From Flavobacteriales bacterium (GTDB lineage: Bacteria; Bacteroidota; Bacteroidia; NS11-12g; UBA9320): DNA of 64,000 bases. The stretch spans positions 256,428 through 320,427 of the forward strand of contig JACJZW010000001.1 of assembly GCA_020635355.1 (NCBI GenBank). The letters are read 5' to 3'. The translations under genes were made by a program, and so were the position numbers. Each line of letters begins with the position of its first letter. The first letter of the stretch is position 1. Under the pieces are notes generated by a model. That model did not search any database and was not told where the DNA came from. It was given only the letters and a program-made list of their open reading frames with translations. Shown in pieces: positions 28,768-37,066 of this stretch.

Positions 28768-29715
28768 TTGAAATTCATGGGGTTACGACAGGACATTTCC
28801 AAGAGAATCCAACAGGGTGTCAAGTGGTTGCAGCGGGTTTCCTTTCCGGGATTTCGGGGACGATCCGTGTATGACGTGGGACGCTTCTTTTTTAACTCCC
28901 TCTTTGACGAAGACCTCATGCTGCGCGCTTCGTCCTTGGCATTTAATTTCTTTCTTGCGATTTTTCCGTCTATCATTTTCATATTCACGCTATTAGCCTA
29001 CATACCAATTGACAATTTTCAGGACGATCTACTCTTTCAGGTGGAGCGATTTCTTCCAAAAGATGCGTACAACCTGATCATCTCGACGATTGACGACATC
29101 GTGCACAATCAAAATTTCAGTTTGCTATCCTTTGGTTTTGTGTTCGCACTTTATTTCAGCAGCAATGCCTTCAGCAGCATGTTAACGGCATTTAACAAGT
29201 ATGTGCTAACAGAGGAAAAACGCTCCTGGTACATCGCTCGCTGGCGTTCCATCTGGTTAACCATTCTGGTGGTGATGGTGTTTCTGGCCATTGTAATTGT
29301 GTTGCGCTACGCCGATATCACCATAACCAATATGTCAGAGAAAGGATGGGTAAACAGCGGTTTATCGAATTACCTCTTTCTGGCCTTTCAATACTTTTCA
29401 TTAGTTCTTTTAGTGTACTTCATTTTTGCGTCCCTGTACTACTTTGGAAGTGCGAAGGTGGCAGAATGGAACTTTTTTAGTGTTGGTTCTACGTTAGCCA
29501 CCCTTTTGTGTTTAATCACCACGGCCGGATTTACGTTTTACGTCAATAACTTTAATTCCTACAACAAACTTTATGGCTCCATTGGAACCATATTAGCGTT
29601 GATGCTTTTGATCTACTTCAACTGCATCGTTTTGCTGGTTGGATTCGAGCTAAATTCCAGTATTGACCGGGCAGAATCTCTCTTTGACGAAGAGGAACTG
29701 AAACCTACTGAATAA
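28768..29715 (+). CDS. YihY/BrkB-family inner-membrane protein
   Basis: 315 aa with 6 TM helices and a YihY-like N-terminal region (VYDVGRFFFNSLFDEDLMLRASSLAFNFFLAIFPSII). A perfect 16-bp palindrome TTTCAATTAATTGAAA (28749-28764) abuts the start. Confidence 0.7.
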   Translation: MKFMGLRQDISKRIQQGVKWLQRVSFPGFRGRSVYDVGRFFFNSLFDEDLMLRASSLAFNFFLAIFPSIIFIFTLLAYIPIDNFQDDLLFQVERFLPKDAYNLIISTIDDIVHNQNFSLLSFGFVFALYFSSNAFSSMLTAFNKYVLTEEKRSWYIARWRSIWLTILVVMVFLAIVIVLRYADITITNMSEKGWVNSGLSNYLFLAFQYFSLVLLVYFIFASLYYFGSAKVAEWNFFSVGSTLATLLCLITTAGFTFYVNNFNSYNKLYGSIGTILALMLLIYFNCIVLLVGFELNSSIDRAESLFDEEELKPTE

Positions 29716-29775
29716 TTTTTTAGAGGCACATGAAATAACTAGTTCAAAGTTCTATTTTTGCAGCCTCAATCGACC

Positions 29776-29860
29776 GGAGAGATGGCAGAGCGGTCGAATG
29801 CGGCGGTCTTGAAAACCGTTGAGGGTCACACCTCCGGGGGTTCGAATCCCTCTCTCTCCG
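29776..29860 (+). tRNA. tRNA-Ser (anticodon TGA), long variable arm
   Basis: Acceptor GGAGAGA/TCTCTCC, D-arm GCAGAGCGGTCGAATGC, anticodon stem-loop GCGGT-CTTGAAA-ACCGT, variable arm TGAGGGTCACACCTCCG, T-arm GGGGG-TTCGAAT-CCCTC, discriminator G. No encoded CCA. Confidence 0.9.
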
Positions 29861-29873
29861 CAACTCAACCGAT

Positions 29874-29904
29874 CCCGTTGCCTTGGCAACGGGATTTTTT
29901 ATTT
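29874..29904 (+). terminator. Intrinsic terminator downstream of tRNA-Ser
   Basis: CCCGTTGCC-ttg-GCAACGGG followed by ATTTTTTATTT. Confidence 0.6.
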
Positions 29905-29906
29905 GT

Positions 29907-30131
29907 CGGCGAACCAAACGCAGTTTGAGTGAGCTGACAAATGAAAAATCGGAACGAGTGAAACGAGTGGGGTCGGTTGAGTTGACTGCCCTACCCGGGA
30001 TCACGAAGTAATCCCTTCCACCACTTATTACGTTGTTTTCATTGAATGTGTCTGCGAACCAAACGCAGTTTGAGTGAGCGGACAAATGAAAAATCGGAAC
30101 GAGTGAAACGAGTGGGATCGGTTGAGTTGAC
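29907..30131. repeat. Tandem duplication of an about 80-bp unit (two copies, 145-bp period, about 97% identical) with partially diverged tails
   Basis: Copy 1 (29907-29986) and copy 2 (30052-30131) read CKGCGAACCAAACGCAGTTTGAGTGAGCKGACAAATGAAAAATCGGAACGAGTGAAACGAGTGGGRTCGGTTGAGTTGAC. The 16 nt after the tRNA (CAACTCAACCGATCCC, 29861-29876) is the exact reverse complement of each copy's end (GGGATCGGTTGAGTTG). Confidence 0.7.
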
Positions 30132-30282
30132 CACTCTTTCCGGGTTGCGAAGTATGATCTCTTCTTCATCTTTGAAGCGACCTTTTCGACCAACGTTTCA
30201 AAGGTCATTGGCTGTGAATTTTTGAAGTCAACGTGCAACGATTCCGTGTAACAGAATTGTCTTCATTGTCCACAAAAGGCGT

Positions 30283-31173
30283 TTAATCGCGCATAAAACA
30301 GGGCTCGCCATCTTGTTCTATTTCAATGGTTGCATGGTGAATCTGATGGCCGTGTATTCGCGATTTCGCTTGATTTTTTATCGAAGCATAACCGGTAAAA
30401 CTTACTTCTGGTGACACCACCAGGTGCACTGAAAGAACATGATGTTCACCATCCATGGACCAAATGTGAATGTGATGAACATCCTCCACCCCAGGGATTG
30501 AACGCAATTCATGTTCTACCACCTCCAAACGAACATCGTCCGGCACACCTTGAAGAAAAATACGAATGGTAGCGGTTAAATTTTTTCCAACGTTATACAG
30601 CACATATGCCACTATGATGAGTGCTAAAAGAGGATCCAGTATCGGAACATCATAAAAGAGCAAAACCACACTTACAATGAGTACGGCAACCCAACCCAAC
30701 ACATCTTCCAGCAAATGCCAACGCACACTTTTTTCATTCAGAGATTTCCCATCAGATAATTTCCAAACAGCAGCGCCATTTACAAGGATGCCCAAAATGG
30801 CAAAAAGTAACATCCCTTTAGCATTGGTTGGTTCGGGGTGAATAATGCGTGGAATATTTTTTACCAGGATGATCACTGATCCAGAAATAATTACCACGCC
30901 ATTAATTAAAGCACCTAACAACGAAAACCTCTGATAACCAAAGGAGTACCGATTATTCGCTTTTTGTCTGCTTTTCTTTTGGAGGTAATAGGCCACCCCT
31001 AAAGACAGGCTGTCCCCCAGATCATGAAGGGCATCGGAAAGGATGGCCATACTGTTGGTCCACAGTCCGCCAAAAACTTCCAGAATCGTAAATCCAAGGT
31101 TTAAGAAAAAAGCAACCCGAATATTGCCCGTGCCATCGTGATGGTGATGATGATGTGAATGATCATGCGCCAT
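30283..31173 (-). CDS. czcD: Cation diffusion facilitator (CDF) divalent-metal efflux transporter
   Basis: 296 aa with a His-rich N-terminus MAHDHSHHHHHHDG, 6 TM helices, CDF signature SDALHDLGDSLS and a C-terminal cytoplasmic domain. Confidence 0.85.
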   Translation of the reverse strand: MAHDHSHHHHHHDGTGNIRVAFFLNLGFTILEVFGGLWTNSMAILSDALHDLGDSLSLGVAYYLQKKSRQKANNRYSFGYQRFSLLGALINGVVIISGSVIILVKNIPRIIHPEPTNAKGMLLFAILGILVNGAAVWKLSDGKSLNEKSVRWHLLEDVLGWVAVLIVSVVLLFYDVPILDPLLALIIVAYVLYNVGKNLTATIRIFLQGVPDDVRLEVVEHELRSIPGVEDVHHIHIWSMDGEHHVLSVHLVVSPEVSFTGYASIKNQAKSRIHGHQIHHATIEIEQDGEPCFMRD

Positions 31174-31186
31174 GATCCAGCGTAAA

Positions 31187-31735
31187 TCAGCGATCGATCA
31201 TCAAATGCTCAAACGCTTTTCGTGCACCCAGAACCACGTCATCGGCTTGAGTTTCATACGCTTTAACTTCCTCACAGAATTTGAAAAAAGCTCTGGAAGC
31301 CTCAGCCATGGCGATCAAAAAATGCCGTTGATTTTCAGGTATACCGGAACCAATTTTATCCAAAATAACCTGACTTCCCATGGAAGATCCCAGCATGACG
31401 TACCCCAGGCCAATGGACTCAGCAGCCGAACATTCAAATGCCGTTGATTCTTCAACATCATCCTGCAACAAGTCCCGAACCAGTGCCTGACGCGTTTGTA
31501 AAACAGCGGATAGCGACGGTACATTTTGTTCCCAATCCTCTTTATGACGGGCTAACGCATCAATCAAATCCAGTTGGAGCGACAGTGATTTCCGATAGGC
31601 AACTCCGTGATCGTCGGCCCAGGGTTGTCCCCGAAATAAGGCCACCAGCGGACTTCGTCGTTCCACCGCCTGATGCAAATCAAGGGTTTCCGTTTTTAAG
31701 CGCTCACGTAGGGTAACTGTTGCTGTTGTCATCAT
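31187..31735 (-). CDS. Heme-oxygenase-family protein (short form)
   Basis: 182 aa. N-terminal LRERLKTETLDLHQAVE matches the HO proximal-helix motif (L..L+..T...H...E). GYVMLGSSMGSQVI resembles the HO distal-helix YxxYLGDLSGGQ(V/I). It lies 13 nt upstream of czcD on the same strand. Confidence 0.5.
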   Translation of the reverse strand: MMTTATVTLRERLKTETLDLHQAVERRSPLVALFRGQPWADDHGVAYRKSLSLQLDLIDALARHKEDWEQNVPSLSAVLQTRQALVRDLLQDDVEESTAFECSAAESIGLGYVMLGSSMGSQVILDKIGSGIPENQRHFLIAMAEASRAFFKFCEEVKAYETQADDVVLGARKAFEHLMIDR

Positions 31736-31833
31736 TCAAATGTTGATGCAAGATTATGTAGAACCGATCTAAATAAAAATCAAAACAGATAAAAAGTATT
31801 CACAATCAGGTGAATGCACGATGTTCGGAACAC

Positions 31834-32541
31834 ATGACAACCACTCAAGACATCCTGGCTATTCTTCGGCAGATGAGCGATGACCACCGCAAAGAATTTG
31901 CCGCCCGAACCCACCCCACCTCCATGGAAATCGTCGGGGTCACCATGCCAGACATCCGCATTCTGCTGAAAGAACTCAATGCCGAATTTAAGACAACCAT
32001 GCCATCGGATGTTTTTCAACTTGCGATGGCGCTCATTCAAATGGATGTGTTCGAATGTCAGCTGGTTGGACTGGAGCTGATGGCTCATCCCAAGCGCCGT
32101 CTGCTGTGGATGCAGGCTGATCAGGCGCTTCAACTGGAGGTGAATATGGACAATTGGGTGTCAACAGACACCTATTCCACGAAAATTTTGGGACCGCTTT
32201 GGGATATGGACCAATTGGAGAATGAGCTTTTTGATCGGTGGGCACATGATCCGTCCGTTTGGAGACGACGATTGGCCGTTGCTTCCTGTGTAGGTTTGTT
32301 TCGCAACAAGATAAAGGCACATCACGAGCGAAATGTACAACGCACCATAGATCAATGTCTGACGGTTTTGGATGATCGATCCGACATGGTGGTTAAAGCC
32401 GTGTCCTGGGCGTTGAGATCAGCCATAACCGGTGGTGGAGATGCCATCCGAACCTTTATGGAGATACACGATTCCCGATTGGCTCCCCGGGTTAAACGCG
32501 AGGTTTGGAATAAGTTGAATACCGGACTAAAAAGCGGTTAA
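31834..32541 (+). CDS. DNA alkylation repair protein (AlkD/AlkC-like HEAT-repeat glycosylase family)
   Basis: About 235 aa from MTTTQDILAILRQMSDDHRKEFAARTHP...; all-helical with an ALK-repeat-like pattern. Alternative upstream start at 31810. Confidence 0.55.
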   Translation: MTTTQDILAILRQMSDDHRKEFAARTHPTSMEIVGVTMPDIRILLKELNAEFKTTMPSDVFQLAMALIQMDVFECQLVGLELMAHPKRRLLWMQADQALQLEVNMDNWVSTDTYSTKILGPLWDMDQLENELFDRWAHDPSVWRRRLAVASCVGLFRNKIKAHHERNVQRTIDQCLTVLDDRSDMVVKAVSWALRSAITGGGDAIRTFMEIHDSRLAPRVKREVWNKLNTGLKSG

Positions 32542-32644
32542 GATTCCTGCCCCTGCCGTTGTTTGTGTTTATGCTTAATATGTATCATTGCAAAAGAATT
32601 CGGTATAACCGTACATATACTACCTATCAAAACACCCCGATCTC

Positions 32645-33517
32645 ATGAAGATTGTAATCTTATCCCGTAATGCGCGCTTGTACAGTACCAAACGATTGGT
32701 AGAGGCTGGCGAAAAGCGGGGGCACGAAGTGATTGTTGTTGATCCACTGAGATGTCAGATTGAGATTGAAAAGCGCAAACCGGCCATTTACTTCAAGGAT
32801 CATTACCTGGAAAATGTGGATGCCGTTATTCCACGAATTGGGGCTAGTGTGACCTTCTATGGTACAGCCGTAGTTCGCCAGTTTGAGATGATGCGCGTGT
32901 TCACCGCGGTTGAATCACAAGCCTTGATTCGATCCCGGGATAAACTAAGGAGTTTGCAAATATTGAGTCGGCATGGACTCGGTTTGCCAAAGACCGTATT
33001 CACGGATTATTCTACGGACGTAGATCACCTCATAAAGTCGGTTGGTGGGGCACCCATGGTGCTGAAACTACTCGAAGGAACTCAGGGTCTTGGGGTAGTT
33101 CTGGCTGAAACCAACAACGCCGCCAAATCCATTATTGAGGCATTTAATGGTTTAAAGGCCCGCGTTATTGCGCAGGAATTTATTACCGAAGCAAAGGGTT
33201 CTGATATTCGGGCCTTTGTGGTTGATAATGTGGTAGTTGGGGCCATGAAACGAACCGGCAAGGAAGGCGAATTTCGATCCAACCTCCATCGAGGCGGAAC
33301 CGCTGAGTTATATCAACTCACAGACGATGAGGAAAACACCGCGCTCAAAGCAACCAAGGCTCTGGGTTTGGGTATTGCCGGGGTTGATATGCTTCAATCG
33401 GCTCGCGGACCACTTGTACTGGAAGTAAACTCATCTCCCGGACTGGAGGGCATTGAACGCGCCACCAATAAGGACATTGCCAAGTATGTGATTCGCTTTC
33501 TCGAGCGAAGTATTTAA
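32645..33517 (+). CDS. rimK: RimK-family ATP-grasp alpha-L-glutamate ligase
   Basis: 290 aa with a RimK-like N-terminus [29 protein letters not shown] and ATP-grasp motifs. Confidence 0.8.
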   Translation: MKIVILSRNARLYSTKRLVEAGEKRGHEVIVVDPLRCQIEIEKRKPAIYFKDHYLENVDAVIPRIGASVTFYGTAVVRQFEMMRVFTAVESQALIRSRDKLRSLQILSRHGLGLPKTVFTDYSTDVDHLIKSVGGAPMVLKLLEGTQGLGVVLAETNNAAKSIIEAFNGLKARVIAQEFITEAKGSDIRAFVVDNVVVGAMKRTGKEGEFRSNLHRGGTAELYQLTDDEENTALKATKALGLGIAGVDMLQSARGPLVLEVNSSPGLEGIERATNKDIAKYVIRFLERSI

Positions 33518-33520
33518 TCC

Positions 33521-35860
33521 TTAGAAGCTGTAGGAAACCGATAAGCTGGGAAGAATCGGCAGCTGATTCACCCGCTTGTAGCTCACCCGATCAAAGTAGA
33601 AGATATTCCGACGGTTGTACACGTTCGTGGCGCTGGCGATAAACTCCATAAACTTACGCGGTTCATCGTCGACCTTTTTAAAGACGATGGTCTTTTTCAA
33701 ACTCATATCCAACCGATGATAATACGGCAGGCGACCTTTGTTCAGATCGTCATACATCACCGTAAAATCGCCGTTAGCTGTTGTGTAATCCTGCCAGCCA
33801 CCTTGTCCAAAATCCAGGTTCTCGTAAAAACCTTGCGTTAAGGTAAACGGAAATCCTGAACCGAAGTTCCAACGCAGGTTGGCTTCAAAACTCTTGTCCT
33901 TTCCGAAGGCGTAGGAAGTTACCACGTTGATGTTGTGCCGGCGATCAAAATGAGGTTGATAGGTTCGAATACCGTCATACCGTGATACGTTGTTGTAGGA
34001 ATACACCGTCCATACATACAACGACTTGGTTTGCAACTTATAGGTGATGTCGAAACCATACGCCAATCCCGTTTCCACCACGTAATCCTTTCTCAGGAAT
34101 TCCGGTTTATCGGCGTAGCGAAGATTGTCGTCATAGATCTTGTCGCGGTTAATATTACTCACCTGGGTGAAATCCTTGGCGTATCCTTCAATGTTGATAT
34201 TGGACACCGGGTTTACATCGTATTCAAAACCTCCTACGATGTGGCGGGACGTTTGCATGCGGTGTGTCACCTTTTTATCCCCCACATAGGAAGGAAGTTC
34301 GTCCGGACCGGACAAGAACCCGTAGAACAGATTCACCACATCCCGGTCAGAAGATGCCGAGAGTAAGTTTTGACTGTATAACCCACCAGCGGCCTTGAAG
34401 CGCAGACGTTTGCTGATCAGCAATTTAAGGCGGATTCGTGGTTCATAACTGGTATTTCCCAACGACGCATAGCGTTGAATTCGGAAACCGGGCTCAAAGA
34501 TGAATCGATTTTCGAGCACGTAATTGTAATTGACAAAGCCCGTAAGCTCCGTGGTGTTCTCGTCTTGTGTGATTTCCCGATTCGCGGCGTTGTAGATCTT
34601 AAACAGAGTTTTAAACCCGTTGATTTCCATGCCGTACTTCAACTTGGATTTATTCTTCAGGAAGTAGGTGAAGTTCAATCCCATGTTAAAGCCGTTAATT
34701 CCAGACGTGCGAGGCGTGCTGCGCTCCTGAAGCTGTTCAATGTTGTAATCCGAGAAGGCAAAAAAGCCATCGATCACATTCTTGGACTCTTGCGGAACCA
34801 ATAAAAATTTACCCCCAAAACCGGTAGAACCCCAATTGTAACTGGTTGTACCGGAAAAATCAACCAAGTCATTGTAGTTGAAGTAGAAGAGTTTCAGATA
34901 GCTTCCGGAGGCCGAATTGAACGACAATTTCGTATACAAATCGCTAAAGGAATAGGGCAATTCTGCATCCTTCACGTAGCTGTAGAAGATCGGTGACGTT
35001 TTATTGAGGTAGCTGTTCTTGTAGCTTACGATGAAGGAGCTACTTCCCTTGTTTTCCTCATATTTCTTGAGTGGGCCTTCCAACAGAACCTTGGATGTAA
35101 ATGGGTTCACGTTGACCTTACCTGCCATCTCCGATCGATTTCCATCGCGCGTTTGCACATCAATGATGGCCGATACCCGCCCACCGTACTCGGCACTAAA
35201 TCCTGCGGAGTACACGTCTACCGATTTCAAAATATCGGAATCAAACACCGAGAACAAACCAATGCTGTGGAAAGGATTATAGATGGTCATTCCGTCCAAC
35301 AACACCTTGTTCATTATGGGTGATCCACCACGGATATAGAGCTGACCGCCCTGATCTCCGCTGAAAACAACTCCCGGTAACACCTGCAGGTACTGAACCA
35401 AATCCGGTTCGCCCCCCACCGTTGGGATTTGGGTAAGTTGCTTTGGAGTGATATTGATCTCAGAAATTGAGGTGGTGGTGGTTCGTCGAATTCGTTCCCG
35501 ATCTACACGAGCCTCACCCAACAATTGGGTAACTCTGTTGAGATAGATATTCTGAGTAACGATTTGGCCTTTCTTCAATTCGATCGGATAATACACCGTG
35601 TCGTAACCAACTACTATCGCGTATACTTTAAAATTTCCGGATTCCAAACCAGTAAGCGAATAGAGACCGTCGTTATCGGTTAAGGTACCCGCAGCTTGTC
35701 CGTCTACCAACACCGTTGCAAAGGACAAGGGTTCTCCGCTGGCTTTGTCGTAAACAAATCCACGCAGTTCACTGTTTTGGGCATAGGAAGTAACGGATAA
35801 GAGTATGGCGCTGAGCAGCGTAAGAAGTTGGCGACGTGTCATATTCCTAAAGGTGTGCAA
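33521..35860 (-). CDS. TonB-dependent outer-membrane receptor with N-terminal carboxypeptidase-regulatory-like domain
   Basis: 779 aa. Signal peptide ...LLSVTSYAQ. CarbopepD_reg-like (LRGFVYDKASGEPLSFATVLV...DGLYSL). Plug domain. C-terminal beta-barrel ending in F. Confidence 0.75.
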   Translation of the reverse strand: MHTFRNMTRRQLLTLLSAILLSVTSYAQNSELRGFVYDKASGEPLSFATVLVDGQAAGTLTDNDGLYSLTGLESGNFKVYAIVVGYDTVYYPIELKKGQIVTQNIYLNRVTQLLGEARVDRERIRRTTTTSISEINITPKQLTQIPTVGGEPDLVQYLQVLPGVVFSGDQGGQLYIRGGSPIMNKVLLDGMTIYNPFHSIGLFSVFDSDILKSVDVYSAGFSAEYGGRVSAIIDVQTRDGNRSEMAGKVNVNPFTSKVLLEGPLKKYEENKGSSSFIVSYKNSYLNKTSPIFYSYVKDAELPYSFSDLYTKLSFNSASGSYLKLFYFNYNDLVDFSGTTSYNWGSTGFGGKFLLVPQESKNVIDGFFAFSDYNIEQLQERSTPRTSGINGFNMGLNFTYFLKNKSKLKYGMEINGFKTLFKIYNAANREITQDENTTELTGFVNYNYVLENRFIFEPGFRIQRYASLGNTSYEPRIRLKLLISKRLRFKAAGGLYSQNLLSASSDRDVVNLFYGFLSGPDELPSYVGDKKVTHRMQTSRHIVGGFEYDVNPVSNINIEGYAKDFTQVSNINRDKIYDDNLRYADKPEFLRKDYVVETGLAYGFDITYKLQTKSLYVWTVYSYNNVSRYDGIRTYQPHFDRRHNINVVTSYAFGKDKSFEANLRWNFGSGFPFTLTQGFYENLDFGQGGWQDYTTANGDFTVMYDDLNKGRLPYYHRLDMSLKKTIVFKKVDDEPRKFMEFIASATNVYNRRNIFYFDRVSYKRVNQLPILPSLSVSYSF

Positions 35861-35938
35861 TGTTACATTAATTTGCCCGTGATAACCTTAACTTTCAGGC
35901 GGTAATATTGTATTCAAATCGCAATAAAGCGAAACTCG

Positions 35939-37054
35939 ATGGAGGAACGGAAGCAACGGATTTACAAGTGGACAGCCATGGGAGTCTTGGTGCTCATCAT
36001 TTTGATGTTGGTGACGCTTGAATCGTGTGTCAAGGATCCTATCATAGAATCTCCAACCCATACAAGTTGCGGCACTCCACTTGACTTATCGTTGCCAAAT
36101 TTCTTTCCTCCCATGAGCGTTCCGGGAGAAAATCCGCTCACCGTTGAAGGTGTTTTTCTGGGTCGAAATCTGTTTTATGAACCGATGCTCAGTGGCGACA
36201 ATTCCCAAAAATGCGCCGATTGTCATCATCAGGATCTGGCCTTTTCGGATACGGTGCGGTTTAGCAAGGGCATTGATGGTTTTGTTGGGACGCGCAATAC
36301 CATGCCGCTTTCCAACCTGGGCTATGGCAGCAAGTTCTTTTGGGATGGACGAGCGCCGGACCTGGAACACCAGCCTATTTTCCCAATCGTTTCACCCGTT
36401 GAGATGCATGAAGACATTTATCATGCGGTTCAGGAGTTACAGGCATCTGAGAAATATCGGGGTCTGTTTTATAACGCATTTTGTGATTCAACCGTCACGG
36501 TTGAACGGCTAAACTTCGCACTCGCCCAGTTCATGCGAACCATTTTCTCCTACAATTTGAAGATGGCACCGGGTGATGTAGGTCGCCAAAGTAGAAACCC
36601 CATTGAAGAACGGGGCTTTCAGGTATTTATCGATGAGAAAAAGGGCGATTGCTTCCATTGCCATGCGGTGAACATTTTCACCACCAATTTTGAGTTTGCC
36701 AACAACGGCACCTATGATGGGACAGGTGATGCCGGCTTAGGCGGACAAAATGGGAATCCGGCTGATCTGGGCAAATTCAAGACGCCCTCCCTCCTCAACC
36801 TCATTCATACAGCACCCTATATGCACGATGGTCGATTTAAGACGCTGCGTGAGGTCATTGATCATTACGACACCGGTTTTCATGTAACCCCATCCACCGA
36901 TCCCAACCTGCTTAGGAAGCATACAGACGGCAACGGGAAACCAGTAGCCCGTTCCTGGACGGAACAGGACAAGCAAGACTTGATTTTCTTTTTGAGCCGA
37001 TTAACCGACGATCGATTGCGATCAGACTCTACCCTATTCAACCCGCATCAATAA
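35939..37054 (+). CDS. Di-heme cytochrome c peroxidase (CCP/MauG family), lipoprotein
   Basis: 371 aa with two CxxCH motifs (CADCHH and CFHCHA) and a lipobox-like LESC. Confidence 0.85.
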   Translation: MEERKQRIYKWTAMGVLVLIILMLVTLESCVKDPIIESPTHTSCGTPLDLSLPNFFPPMSVPGENPLTVEGVFLGRNLFYEPMLSGDNSQKCADCHHQDLAFSDTVRFSKGIDGFVGTRNTMPLSNLGYGSKFFWDGRAPDLEHQPIFPIVSPVEMHEDIYHAVQELQASEKYRGLFYNAFCDSTVTVERLNFALAQFMRTIFSYNLKMAPGDVGRQSRNPIEERGFQVFIDEKKGDCFHCHAVNIFTTNFEFANNGTYDGTGDAGLGGQNGNPADLGKFKTPSLLNLIHTAPYMHDGRFKTLREVIDHYDTGFHVTPSTDPNLLRKHTDGNGKPVARSWTEQDKQDLIFFLSRLTDDRLRSDSTLFNPHQ

Positions 37055-37066
37055 GTCAATGGGCTG

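Noticed and set aside
29907-30131. Possible CRISPR array
   Set aside because: Only two copies of an about 80-bp unit with a 145-bp period and related rather than unique spacers. No cas genes. Not CRISPR-like.
29744-30238. 164-aa minus-strand ORF
   Set aside because: It spans the tRNA-Ser gene, its terminator and the tandem repeats. It is an artefact of the repeat-rich intergenic region.
29776-30282. tRNA-Ser-associated integrative element (also considered for tRNA-Arg at 47949-48022)
   Set aside because: No integrase, recombinase or excisionase gene, and no direct repeat of the tRNA 3' end. Only the small IR-bounded repeat is present.
36086-36512. 94- and 122-aa ORFs inside the cytochrome c peroxidase gene
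   Set aside because: Alternative-frame or antisense ORFs within a gene that has two intact CxxCH motifs.
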